NCBI GenBank assembly: GCA_012295275.1
Contig: CM022673.1
Location: 26,164,001-26,228,000 of the forward strand
Length of the DNA stretch: 64,000 nucleotides
Direction of reading: 5' to 3'
DNA from: Chrysomallon squamiferum
Lineage: Eukaryota; Animalia; Mollusca
The position numbers were made by a program, and so were the translations under genes. The notes below the pieces were generated by a model. That model made no database searches, was not told the origin of the DNA, and was given only the letters and a program-made list of their open reading frames with translations. This document shows positions 44,679 through 57,441 of the stretch, piece after piece (the first letter of the stretch is position 1; each line of letters opens with the position of its first letter).

Positions 44679-45602
44679 TAAATATTAAGTATATTTAAAT
44701 AATAAAGTTTAACCTGGTTATGGATTTGACACTTGACTGACTACTGATTAATAACATTTATAGAATTTATGGATTATTTTTATACTGAAATTAAAAACAA
44801 TAAAAACTTGCGTCTGATAGCATGGAGCTGACTCCTGCCTGGCAGAGTCCGAACTGTCTGTGCAGCTGTTCGGTGGGTCGTCCAATGCACGGCCTCCACT
44901 GCTCCTGATAATCCAGAGTCTGTAACAGCGTGTAACACATTCCCAGACCATTGTTCTTCCACACGTAACGATGTGCACACACCTTGAAAACACACATTTT
45001 CAATTATTATTAATTTTGTGTAGGTACACTTGCATATGTGTGTGTGTGTGTGTGTGGTTGCATACGTATTATGACGTGAAGGGGTGGTTGGATATGTAAT
45101 GGGTATCTGTGCACTTTCTTTATTTTTCTAATGATAAAGTCAGAAATATGTTTAAATATATATTGTGACAAAAAAAAACCCAGCCCATATTACAGCTATA
45201 GTTTATATAAATATAAATATAAATATGAGATTTGTTACAATGTCGTGAATGTTATCTGCTCAGAATTTAAATTAAAAATAGAATAAAGTCATTTTAAAAT
45301 CTTTAGCTAGAAATATTATAGACTGATCTTAATTTACTTAAGGATAATATATTTCTGTCTTGTAAAAACATACAGCTATATAATCACAGTAACACAAAAA
45401 TAGTGAAGAAGACACCTACCACTACATTTCTGCCTTTTCCTTGACTCTGCACAACAACACCCAGCCACTGGTCAGTCAAGTTTTCATTGGACTTTGGTCC
45501 AATATCTGTGATATATATATCAGTGTAATATTAGAAATACCTGCAGAATGTGACTGGAAGTTTTTGAGAGAGAAGAGAAAGAGGGTGGGAGAAAGAAAGA
45601 AA

Positions 45603-45656
<54 letters not shown>

Positions 45657-46572
45657 TAATGAGCGAAAGAAAAAGGAAAGAATAAAGAAGAGAACAGGGA
45701 TGCAAATATGACAACACAAAATAAACTCTTAAACATATACGCAAAACATTTTTCTTTAAATAAAATAATAATATTTATTCTTCACAATTTTTATTAAATC
45801 TTATTAAATGGTTTACTTCCCAAATGAATACAACAATTTTTAATTTTACAGGATAAATCAAATCTTTTATTTTTATTTTGTTTTACCCTTTTATTTTAGT
45901 GATAATAACAATGCCACGAGCCTTACTATACGCCTCACTATCCAAATGAAAACATTTTTAAAATTTTAAATTTACAATTTACAAAGTAAATCAAAGATTT
46001 TATTTATCGTCCTTCTCTATCTAGCAGGTATCAGTTTTGTGAATCTTACTAAATGGTTCATTGTCCAGTTGAACGCAGTCATTTTCATATGTTGTGTCTG
46101 CTGGACATTTGAACACTCCTCCAGACAGTGGCACTCTGTCTGGACCTGGACCATCTATCTTGGGTGCTCCAGTTAATAACCTGAAATTTTTAAAATTTTA
46201 AATTTTAACACAAGTACAGTCACAATCTGTATGACGTGTGAATGATCAACTTTATGAAGTGATACTGCAGCTAAAGTTTGGTTCATACTTCTCTGGTGCA
46301 GGATGTTTTTTGTACTTATTACACGATTAGCAAGTAAGAGAAAAAAATAAAGGAAAACAAAAATTCAGACTAAGTTCAGTGTGTCTGTAAAGAAAACTTT
46401 GGTCCACTTCCCAGAAAATTTACATATAATAATATAGATTCTACTGTATCAGTCATCTGTTTATATCTTTAGTTTTAAAGTTTATCTACTTTCACAAATC
46501 AGTAATGTTAAATTACCATGCACAATTTGCTGATTTAATTAAATTCAACAACAACAACAAAATAATAATACA

Positions 46573-46615
<43 letters not shown>

Positions 46616-49600
46616 ATATTGAAATAAATAAACACTTTGTATTGATAGCAAACAAATTATCAAGACAGAAGAATATATATATTTTACAATCACTATAAAT
46701 ATTTATCAATTTTCTTGACAAGCAGCATTTAACATTATCTATAAATATATAGAAGACTGAATTGTATGCACATTTTTTAATTGGTTATTATCTTATGAAA
46801 ACATTTTAAAGATTATGTTAAAAGTACACACAAATTATATAAACACTTTTGCAACCGTAGAAAAAAAAACGAAAAAAACCCCTATTCTTCCAGTATTTTC
46901 ACATTTTATTAAATTTTACCCTGTAGATGTAACGAACAAATACACACTGTTTAATGATAACAGAAAGTAAGAAATGTGAAATCCTGTGGGTTTCAATGTG
47001 TGAGTTTCTCTGTGAAATGATGCCAGTACGAGATTCCAATCTCTGATTCTGTCTAAATGTGCTATATACATGTTTGTTTATTCTTTACGTTTCTGCTTAT
47101 CTAAGCTTTTCACTATTAAACTAATATTAAAGAAATATAAAACAAAATTGTATGTATGTAGCAGTAAAATGAATAAATAAATAAATATGAATAATGATAA
47201 CAATAATGATGATGATGATGATAACCAAAAATATTTAAAAAAAAAAAAAAAAAAAAGAATATTGAAAAATGACCTTGGTATTAATAAAAATGTCCAGTTT
47301 AGTTTATTTTGAACATTTAAATCTACATTTGATGAACAGAATTAAATCTTGGATACTACTGTGGCATGTAATCCACGTGCTTATTTTAATTATTATTGTG
47401 TTTTTATTCTTCGTTTTTTTATTATTATTTTTCTTTTATTATATATTTATAATTTACAGGAACACGGGCTAAAAAGAATACTTATTAATTTTTCATGGCA
47501 TGAATGAAACAAATTTTCCTTTTATTTATAGGAAGAAGGGCTAAAAAAGTATAAAAATTTGAATAATTTTATCAATGAATTGAATGAACATCTACTAAAA
47601 ATGTAAGAAAAGGATCTTCAGCATTCTTTCTCATCTGTAGCCAACAGAAATAATCAGGGTGTGATTGGAAGGTTCTTTGGTTCACTCCTCTCATCTTTTT
47701 CAAAATACAAATGTTCAAATCCAACCAGGTTCTTTGAGCTGCTTCAGTACTGGAAATTTAGACAATTTAATTGGGAGTAAGCTGGGTATTTGTTGTAATG
47801 AATAAAAAAAAAAATAGTGTATCTGTCAGAAATAAAGTCTGCCTGGATGTGATTTTCTTATATATATATATATATATATATATAATGTATCATGTATAAA
47901 TCTTTAAGGATTTTAAGACCTTCCTCTTATATTAAAGAAATTTCCTTGATTTTTTTTTTTTCCCTGTAGATTGCCCTTTAAACTTAGATCACGTGCCGAT
48001 GTAGCATCAAATCCTCTTCCAATTAGAACAGATTGTTAAATAATTCAGAAATGTCAAGCTTCATGTGATAACTGAAAGATTCATCCAGATTTATCTTGCG
48101 TTACCAGTATCAGTATCAGTAAATAATAGCAAGCATCACTGATCTCCAGCTGACCTTGACCAGACAGTCACACCCTTCACATTGTGCGTCCACACTTGAG
48201 TACCTGTTTTTTGTAATACACTACTTGTATTCAGGTGAACGTTATTTACATTCAGTCACTGAAGTGGTTGTAAGTAGATTTATGTTAATGCCAGTGTAAC
48301 AAATACAGACAGAAACATACACACATAGGAAGAAAGAAAGAAAAAGATATAGTCAGAATTAAAAAAAAAGAAAAAGAAAAAAAGGCTGAGTTTGAAAGAG
48401 AAGTAGACAAAAAGTGAAAGAGTTGGGAAAGAAAAAGAAAACCATACACATTCAAAGGATACTGGCTGAAATATTACTGAATATTTAAGTATGTAAATAG
48501 GTTATAAATAAATCTTGAATGTCGTCAGGATAAATGGAATATGCCAGGGCACTCAAGAAAAGACAGAAATAAAAAAAAAATCGTAAAATTAAATTAAAAT
48601 ATAATTAAGAAAGATGTAAATGCTTGAAAGATCAGATTTTCATAAAACATGAGGCAGCTGTTAATTTCTTCTCTAACATGAGTTTTTTAACTAAAGCAAA
48701 AAAAAAAAATAATAATAAACTAAGCAAAACAAAACTAAATTAATAAATAAAAAAAAAAAAAAAAAAAATAATTTTTTTTAAAATAAAATAATAATAAATT
48801 AATGGAATAGATTTGTTTTAATGATTATATGCTAAGGATAAAACTACTAATTATAGCTACACTTTTTATTTTTTTTTTTTTATTTATCTCGGTGATGAAT
48901 ATTTTGTTTTAGAAATGGAGAAAAAGTAAACAACATTAGCTGCAAGGTTTACTCATTAATTTTAACAGTGCAGTCATCATGTAGTCAAGTGCAGACACAT
49001 AAACAAAGAATTAGGTGCACAGCCAGGTTTCAGAAATGAGTAGTGTCACTCCAGTGAATATTATTTTCAAGATAAAATTCTGTGCCTGTGTGTGTATATA
49101 TATATGTATGTATGTATGCATGTATGTATGTTTGTATATGTATATACCAGGTAGATAAGCATCTGTGTATACAGCTATCATATGTGTATGTATATATGTA
49201 TGTATGCATGTATGTATGTTTGTATATGTATATACCAGGTAGGTAAGCAGGTATGCATCTGTGTAGAGACACACACACACACAAGTATAAAAGCATATGT
49301 GTATGTATATATGTATCATTGTATGCATATGCATGTTTACAAACACACATACACAAACACATACAAAAAAACCATCATAAATAAACACAAAACATCATAA
49401 AATTGGGAAAATTAATGCTAAGGGTTGACATTTGAGAATCTACATACTGAATGCTTGCATGTTCACAAAAGTTAAAGGTTTCTGTTTTGAGTTCATTCTC
49501 ACCTTACTAAACGTTTGATTCACATGAAGATATGTGATTTGAAAACAAAGACAACATTCTGTTCAGCTGCAAGAGAACAAATACAATACAACTTTATTCT

Positions 49601-50111
49601 CCCTGCTCTATCTACTACAGCCCTGAATAATGAAGCTGTGTTTGTACCTGCAAACAGATCATGCGATAATCTGGAAATCAGATATGTTCTTCAGACCTGT
49701 TACTCAAAAACAAATTAACTGCTGCATCCATAATACTGAATTTTAGATTTTGCCTACACTGAAATAGGTTTTATTTTAAAATACAGTTAATAAAGCCATA
49801 ATAATAATAATAATAATAATCTACGTGAGATATTTTTTAAACTGAATTATGCTGTATGTGTGCACAACAAATATTATGAATGACAAATCCTAGATAAAAT
49901 ACAATACTGGGGAGTTTTATTATTATTGCTTCATTTTGTTTTTGTTTGTTCTTTGTAAATACTCATACACATATATATACATACATATGCAGTGACTGTA
50001 GGTAGGGGTGCAGATGGAATAAGCTGGAACTATTAAACTTATTAGAGTCATAGAACTGAAATATATATCCATCGCAACTGAACTGCGCCCAAATAAGAAA
50101 AATCGATTTCC

Positions 50112-50156
<45 letters not shown>

Positions 50157-51440
50157 GTCAATACCCTAAATATTTGTTTGTTTAGAACAAGATAAAATTA
50201 TGATCTCATCTATTTTGATGACTCTCTGTACAGATAAACATATAAACACACATACAAAAATAAAATAAATAAACAAATTAACCAAACGTGGGTGTATACA
50301 TTTATTTTTGTTGACTAGCTTCCATCTGTTTTAATTCTTCCTTTGCAATATAATGAAATACTTAGCTTTCTAGATCTGTTAAAAACATGTGATTTAGTAT
50401 GGTTTACATACAAACGGAAGTTTATAATTACTTTACATATTTATTTTAATCTAAAACCAGTGCTTAATCTTTTTTCTTTCAGTATTCATTTATAACCAAA
50501 ATAATAATAACAAATAATGTTTAAATAATTTCAGAAAATCTTTTAACCAGCTCAGTAATTTAGTAATTTAGAGGAAAAAAAGATTTCTGACAAAAACACA
50601 GTTTTCATTAATTAGTACATTATGTAAGTCTAGACATAACATTTCTTTGATACAGTTTTGTAGTATAAAAAGTGAGCAAACATTCTCTGAAAGACAATTA
50701 TTAATACTTATCACATAAATAAACTTGGGGGAAAAAAAAATAATACTTGTTGCCATAAGCAATTAATGTTGAGTGTCATATTCCTATCAAGGGTTAGCTG
50801 AAAAGAGTAAAACTTTATCTGAGAAAAAAAATTGGAAGTTTTACTAATTTGATGTTTTACTAACTTAGCATTAATTATAGAAAACATAAGCAAGGGAAAA
50901 AAAAAGAAAAGAGCAACATTCAAGAATTTCATTAAAACATTCTATATTTTATTTTAGGCTAATATCTCGTTTCTGTATGAATGTCCCCCCAACTACTCTT
51001 TCTTTTCTCTTTCTCTCTGTGTAAATTTTAATTTTAAATAAAAAATATCAATAAAATATCCCCGTTTTTTTCCTTTTTCTTTAAAGAAAAAAATAAAATA
51101 AAAATAAGAACAGTAAGAAAACAAGGCAATTTAAAGCTTGTTACAGAAGTCATAAATATTTTGTTATTCCACAGCCAATGCGACAGAAAGGAAATAAATT
51201 ATCATAAACGCAGCCTTACTCTTATTAAATACATATGTACAAACAGACATATGTCAGAAATAATTGTGAAAAGGAAGAGACCTTTCACCTGTTAACACAA
51301 GTTCTTTGTTCTGTTTACAGATTGTGTCATCTGTGCCTACAACATTATTTGTTTTTGAGGTTAAAATAGGGTATTTGTAATTTGGATATATAATCTGTAA
51401 ACATAACTGAAGGACCCTGTCAAACAACACAAACATATAT

Positions 51441-51479
<39 letters not shown>

Positions 51480-51851
51480 AAATATTCATTTTTATTTTTG
51501 AAAAGTCGGTTTATATTTCAGAAATTTAAAAAAATGGAACACATTTAAATAACATCCGAGTAATATAGGACATAAACTAAATTATAAGTATTAATTTAGT
51601 AAGTTTTATTATGTAGTTATTATGATTGCTCTAACAACTTAGTGTACATGTGTGTTCTGACAATTAAACAGCATAACAACCATCAACACCACTAAAAACC
51701 CTTTAGTCACTGATTAAAACTTTATTTACTTTGTTAACACATTTTAGAAATTAGAATATTATGTATGTGTTTGCATTTGAGTAGGTATGCAGGTATATAT
51801 ATATAAGTATGTATATATAGCCTATATAAGTATGTATATATAGTCTATATA

Positions 51852-51910
<59 letters not shown>

Positions 51911-53787
51911 CACAGATAGTCATAAGATCAAAGTTAGTCAATCCTACAACTACACAGACACTTAATATTACTCATCTGAAGCAATCCCCCTTTTCACATT
52001 CCACTGTTCTCTTTGCCGCACCAACCCAATCTCCTCTCTGAAGTAACAGGTTTTTTTCCTTAAAGCTTGACATTTAACACACGTTTTAACATCATGTAAC
52101 ACTCACAGGCATTTAAACGCTGTGTCAAATTATAACGTGCACTTTTTTTTTGTGTTGTGTTTTCAATATTTAGACATTAAATTGAGCAGCTGACTGTTTG
52201 TTTGGAAACAAAGTCTGCCAGGAGAAGACAGATGATCCAGGTATTTCTGGAATGTGTTCACATCTGTGTGAGACCTGACTGCTTGGACTAGAATGTAGCG
52301 AGTGGCATATAAAATAAGACTCCAAACTAGATTGTCTTCATGGGTTTGTCATTTGTGAGACGATAATTAAGTATGGTGGCTTTTTAAAAAAAATAAAACA
52401 AGCCCAATAAAACAATAGAGTATCTAAAATAAAACAGAAGGTTTTTTGTTTGTTTAGTTTTTACTGATGTTACGGTGTCAAGAGAAAAAATTAATTAAGG
52501 ATGGAGATGTAAAGTGGATATTTATTTATTTATTTATTTATTTATTTATTATAAAATAATAAAATATTTCATATTTTTGGTGTTAATTTTTAAATTTATG
52601 TTTGTTTGAATAACTATTATAGTATAAAAATAGATACTAACAACTCTTATTAAGGTGGTTACTTTAATTTCTGTTTCTTACTGTAATTAAATAGATACTA
52701 ATAGATACTAATAATGAATGCAGATGTGAAAATATAAGTCAAGTGACTAACAGTGGCTTCCCATTCATTCTATTAGATCAGTTAAGAACTATAATAGGAC
52801 AATAAACAGGAATTTGACCCTTGACCCCGAACAGCTTAGCTTTCAATATTATTGTTAGCAATATGAACACATAGCTGCTACTAAATTATTCTGCCATGAA
52901 CACTACTAGGTGTGACTGGGAGTAAGTAAAGCAGTCTATCTCATCTGTTGCACACACCCTTGAAACAATTTTGAATATCTGCGGGTGGGGGTGGGGGTTG
53001 ATGGGGAACACCTGCATAAAAGTGAATTTAAAAAAAATTAATTCAAAAATAGAAGGTTATTCTTCTAAATAATGACCTTTCAAGGAACTATTAGTGATCT
53101 TATGTTGAACCATAGTGTTCCATCAAACCCTCTGAAATAAAACATTATTTGACTTTTGTGGATACATCACAAATGTACCATGAAACAATAATGTATTTCA
53201 AAAGAAGATGTTATCACTTAAAAACAAAATAAAAGTAAATAAATAAATAAATAATAGTAATAATATATATCTGATAATTCTAGGTTAAATGATGTGAGCA
53301 TCATTTGTGTGTGTATGTGTGTGTGTGTGTGTGTGTGTGCGCGCGCATATACCCACTCATACACATGATTCTTGCATCACTTAATCTAAAAATTCAACTG
53401 TTGCTAGAAACATCCCCCCCATGAGATGAGCAATGTCTAAGTCACTGAGATGACTAGGTAGAATATGTAACACAATTCATCACTTATCCATGAAACAAAT
53501 TAAACAAATTGAACGAGTAAACAGTTTACTGGAATAAACAATAAAAGCTATTAAATATAACTTATCACCATCCACATGAGATCATTGTAAGGCAGCAGGA
53601 TACACAGTGGGTTGTTTAAGAAATTATTTCTGTTTCCATTTCCTGAACATCCAACAAAGAGCTGAAAAAAGCATTATTATAGATTTCCCTTTTTTTTTTT
53701 TTATGACACAGAACAATAGATATAATTTTAAGTTCTGTCGAAATTTTGCAGTTTTACATTTTTCTTATGGAGTCAGTAGAACTTACA

Positions 53788-53819
<32 letters not shown>

Positions 53820-55078
53820 CTTCTTTTTTTTTTTTTTTTAAAGAAATTGTATTTATATTAATCTATAAAAAAAATTATTTGTGTTTGGATGTAAGAAGAA
53901 ACTAATGACAAAGAAGGCTTAAAAGGCAGAGAAAGTGACACAAAAATTATATCATTCTTTGTCTTGAAAAAAAAAATTGGAAATCTATAACAATGCTTTT
54001 CTCAGCTCTATGTTGGATGTTCAAGAACTAGAAACTGAAGGAATTTCTTAAACCTTATCCCCAATGGAAAAATAATAAAAACCATTGTGTATCCTTCTAC
54101 CTTACAATGATCTCATATGGATGGTGATAAATTATATTTAATAGCTCTTATTGTTTATTCCAGTAAACTGTTTACTCATTATTTTTTTTTTTTTTTATTG
54201 TTCTAAGCCCTTAGTCATATGCGTCAAAGGCCCAAATAGCCTTCCTATGTGTTTATATATAACTGCTACTTTCCACAGATCAACAGAATATTTAACGTTA
54301 GTTAAGTTTAAATTTATATAATATAAAAAGATTAATAAGTAACTTTGAAAAAGAAATACATTTTATGATAAACTACATGACACTATCATGAGACTATGTA
54401 GGCCTACATATAAAATGAGGAAGCAACTGTGAAAACAGTCTGATAATAACTGCTTGAATGTAATCGTAATGGAACAAACAGAACCCAGCTAGTCATTAAA
54501 CATAACCATACAATAATTACTAATTATATTATTTAAACTGTGGCTTAGGATGTTATTAACATCTATTATATATATGTTTAAGGGGTGACATAACCTAGCA
54601 ATTTACTTTAATATTTTTATGTTGATAAAGATCCTGCCAATGTCTCTTAATAAAGTGAAAATACAACTTGAACCATTAATAAAATGTTCTCAAGAGACGT
54701 CCCACCAGTACCTCTGTCAGTTCATCAGTATAAAAATACATTAACCCATGCCATTAGAACTGAGGTTTTAAAAAAAAAAAAAAGATTACTGAATACTATT
54801 AGGTTTAATATAGACTCTATAATTGTCTGTCTGTTCAATTATACTATTTATAGCTAAACAAAAGGCAATGAATTTTTCTTCAGTCTTCATTGTCACAGCA
54901 AATTAGAATATTTACTTGTATAATATTTATGAGGATAAACAGATGTGGGTGTGTACAGTGGGTCCTTATTTTCTTTCTTTTTTAAATAACTGAACTTATT
55001 TGATCTTTACTGAAATCCTGAATCATCCTCTAATGTCACCGTATGCATGAATGTGGTTTATATAAATATTAGTCCACT

Positions 55079-55170
<92 letters not shown>

Positions 55171-55840
55171 AATATTTAATTCACATTATCATCTGCAATT
55201 AAAAAACAAAATTACCACTGTCATGATTCATTACTCTTTTGACAGAACATGCATCTTGAATGTTGGCCTCTAAACCTGATAATGGGAACATTTCTAGATG
55301 ATCAGATTTATATTAAACACACTTTGTGATTGTAATGCTTCATAATATCACATTCAAACATTCTATTTTGGACATTCTAAAACTGGAATCTGTTTCCCCT
55401 AATGTTTAAAAAAACAAAAACAAGATAAGATATGTAATACAGACACAGCAATTCAGGAGGTTTGCTGTGTTAATTACCTCAGTTGTTTTTCATAATGCAG
55501 CTTTCTAGACTTTATCTTAAAATATGAAACGATGTAGATTATGTGAAATCCTGCTTGTCACATACACACTTTTATCAAAGATGTAATAATACAATTAATA
55601 GACTGGGAGAATGAAAACTGTAACTACACGGGCTATTCATAACTGCTAGCTGCAATGTATCTGTTTGTCTACCTTCCCAATGGCTGGGGAAAACCACATA
55701 TTACAGTCTTTGATATATCTGTTGCTGACTCTTTGATTGGAATGGGAAAAAGCCCTTTAAGCAAGTCTGTGTTTGAGATGTCAAGAGAATTACATAATAC
55801 AATGAATAATTTAATCATTAGAAATTATTATTATTACTGC

Positions 55841-55929
<89 letters not shown>

Positions 55930-56356
55930 AATTATAACAAGATTATACTGTCACCTGCATCTGCCGACTGTGGTCGCTTTTTGACCTAGTTTGCTGCTAC
56001 ATTAAAATTTAATATTTATGTCTGACCACAGTCAGAAACGATAATAAAAATGCAAATAAACAGAAAACGATGAATCACGAGAGAATGATTAAAACACTGC
56101 AGAAAGTCCAATATTAATAATAACAAAAATAAAAAATAAAAAAATTAACAATAACTTACACATTGCCATCCGACAGTAATTGCCGGGTGTCTTCGTTTAC
56201 TATTTGGTGCTCGGCAACAGAAAATCCAAAGTAACTATTTTTAGGACCCTTCTTTATCACAGTAAATCTTGGATCAAAGTTAAATCCGTCAGCTAATATA
56301 GACAAAAGTACGATATAAAGACAAGAGAATGACAACGTACTCTCCGTCGCCGCCAT
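29297..56356 (-). CDS. Integrin alpha subunit, PS1/alpha3-alpha6-alpha7 (laminin-receptor) class, no I-domain; 26 exons, exon 15 corrupted in this sequence
   Basis: Exons (minus strand): 56356-56160, 46180-46050, 45505-45420, 44982-44812 (GC donor), 44409-44364, 43772-43635, 42992-42782, 42493-42406, 41892-41754, 41290-41202, 41066-40774, 40051-39874, 39283-39110, 38635-38555, ~38062-37862 (scrambled), 37367-37198, 36731-36648, 36202-36097, 35703-35584, 35187-35125, 34381-34343, 33115-33011, 31994-31875, 31043-30942, 30230-30105, 29392-29297. Signal peptide then FNFD; FG-GAP repeats (SYFGFSV, LLTGAP, VCAHRY, FGLCQAG, IIGAPG, DLNADGFDDLVVGAP, DVNQDGYQDFAVGAP, DLDGNSYPDLLVG); genu CGDDDRCDSNL; GESAIHIEDEIGP typical of PS1/alpha6/7; furin site KRKRR; TM WWIILVAVLVGILLLVGLILLLW; tail RLGFFKRKKPEQ...DDDAAI*. 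Confidence 0.95.
29400..29975. repeat. Compound (AAT/GAT/AAC)n array with higher-order units in the last integrin intron
   Basis: Trinucleotide tract; the block AATATAACAACAACAATAA..GCAAT recurs near 29452, 29556 and 29824. Confidence 0.9.
30232..30495. repeat. (AAAT)n microsatellite abutting the integrin TM exon acceptor
   Basis: About 260 bp of imperfect TAAA repeats. Confidence 0.95.
31554..31858. repeat. 58-bp minisatellite, ~5 copies, intronic
   Basis: TTAAGTTTAAAAC recurs at 31621, 31679, 31737 and ~31796, each followed by (ATC)TGTTTACAAGAAAC-like sequence, with degenerate flanking copies. Confidence 0.9.
36239..36415. repeat. 31-bp minisatellite, ~6 copies, intronic
   Basis: Unit approximately TTACTTTAAAATTTATTTGAATTTATTTGAA repeated in tandem. 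Confidence 0.85.
37892..38495. repeat. Degenerate AT-rich minisatellite overlapping integrin exon 15
   Basis: Recurrent AAATATATAAATAATGATTATGATAAAATAAATAA and TAGGTGATGGTAAAATAAAT blocks. Confidence 0.75.
39296..39395. repeat. (TATC)n/(TGTC)n/(CA)n compound microsatellite
   Basis: Direct reading. Confidence 0.9.
40139..40340 (-). mobile_element. Degenerate SINE-like remnant in an integrin intron
   Basis: GC-richer island with ordered blocks GAGAGGAAACCC...CCCACAGA...GTGGCCT...CTGGAA that resemble, from recall only, the reverse strand of a molluscan tRNA-derived SINE. Needs a repeat-library search. Confidence 0.35.
44410..44811 (-). other. GC-AG intron in the integrin alpha gene
   Basis: Exon ...CQAGVSSMLSD ends GAC|GCAAGT. 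The next exon starts in phase 0 with DDGFIIGAPG after ttattcag. No GT donor at this position keeps the frame. Confidence 0.75.
45608..45652. repeat. (GA)n microsatellite
   Basis: Direct reading. Confidence 0.95.
49098..49266. repeat. Tandem duplication of a (TATG)n-derived unit
   Basis: GTATGTATGCATGTATGTATGTTTGTATATGTATATACCAGGTAG occurs twice, ~89 bp apart. Confidence 0.85.
51854..51908. repeat. (GT)n microsatellite
   Basis: Direct reading. Confidence 0.95.
53512..54180. repeat. Long inverted repeat (foldback or MITE-like element) in integrin intron 1
   Basis: 53512-53610 matches the reverse complement of 54082-54180 at 92/99 by manual alignment. Similarity continues inward (53614-~53729 with ~53942-54053) and fades toward a central (TTA)n/poly-T loop. 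Confidence 0.9.
55082..55166. repeat. (AG)n microsatellite
   Basis: Direct reading. Confidence 0.97.
55845..55923. repeat. (GA)n microsatellite
   Basis: Direct reading. Confidence 0.97.
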
Positions 56357-56877
56357 GCTGAACTGAATGAGATCATAAATGAATATCACCTATTATTTCG
56401 AAGCTCTTTTGCAGTGACTAAGGGAGATAACCGTATTTTTGTTTTTGGGGATCTTGTCGCCCAGTGCATAGACATCGATATGAAATAATAATAATAATTA
56501 TTATAATGTACGCAGTTGGATTAAACTTTTCTTTCTTTATTTATTTATTCGTAAGAAAAAGATATGCATTATGTTCAACTGATACGGCAAATACAGTTGA
56601 ATTGCTTAAAATTCTCTATCAGCAATTTGCATTCGACTAGTTCATTTAGGATAACGACAAGTGTAGGAAATAATGACAGAATCAGAAAATTATGATGTCC
56701 ACGTAGTCTTTGAGAATAACCTGCCTTTATACCACTATATAAATATCAACTGCTCATTTTGTGTAATTACCAATACATTTAATTCATATCAAAAATAATC
56801 TAGAGTAATAATTCACATCTAGTCTGCAAGACAACTGTCGAAGACCAGATGTTGTTTCTGTTTTTATTTTATTTTTC

Positions 56878-56916
<39 letters not shown>

Positions 56917-57313
56917 TTTTGTTGTTGTTATTCGTTAGGCTTTAAATGTATGCATTAATTTTTAAATATATTTAGTCAGGGCTTCTTAAAGTTAAACTCT
57001 GCAAGACATCGATTCATACATTCGATTCTAGAAGACATTAAAATAAGACTTAGTTTCAATAGAGTTCGACAGGTGCTAACTGCAACTAACTGTTAGACGA
57101 ATAGCACAAGATCAAAACAGGAGTTATGCGCCTTGAATAGTACACCCATATATCGATGTTTATGTCAGAGATGACATAAAAGTATTCGGCCTAATTCTCT
57201 GCCTGCAAGAAATCATGTGATCAGCAACATACTTTTCTTTTAATGGAAAATCAAAATACTCTGCGTGAAAGTTAATAATTATTTAATTGTATATTTTATT
57301 ATAAATTATAATC
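56357..57313. promoter_or_regulatory. Divergent (bidirectional) promoter and 5'UTR region shared by the integrin alpha and BLOC1S1
   Basis: The start codons point away from each other ~957 bp apart. The region is enriched in CpG/TCGA relative to the rest of the window, with ACATCGAT three times and TCATGTGA at 57213-57220. Confidence 0.7.
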
Positions 57314-57394
57314 ATGTTGTCAAATCTTTTAAAACAGCACCAGATTCGGCAGCAGGCACGGAAAGAAATACAAGGTAATTTGCTACAAAATAAA

Positions 57395-57441
<47 letters not shown>

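Noticed and set aside
45506-45546. Stronger-looking upstream acceptor (ttctgcag) for integrin exon 3
   Set aside because: It adds 35 nt and breaks the frame. The acceptor at 45506 fits the protein.
47590-47770. GC-richer stretch in integrin intron 1 that could be a nested exon or a LINE remnant (RMLKI-like on the minus strand)
   Set aside because: No clean splice sites or recognisable domain; too degenerate to call without a search.
29297-56356. Calling the integrin a pseudogene
   Set aside because: 25 of 26 exons are intact with conserved motifs and correct phases. The single damaged exon sits in repeat DNA and may be an assembly error.
56575-56601. Small hairpin TTCAACTG...CAGTTGAA in the divergent promoter
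   Set aside because: An 8-bp stem is expected by chance in 64 kb of AT-rich sequence, and no ncRNA motifs are present.
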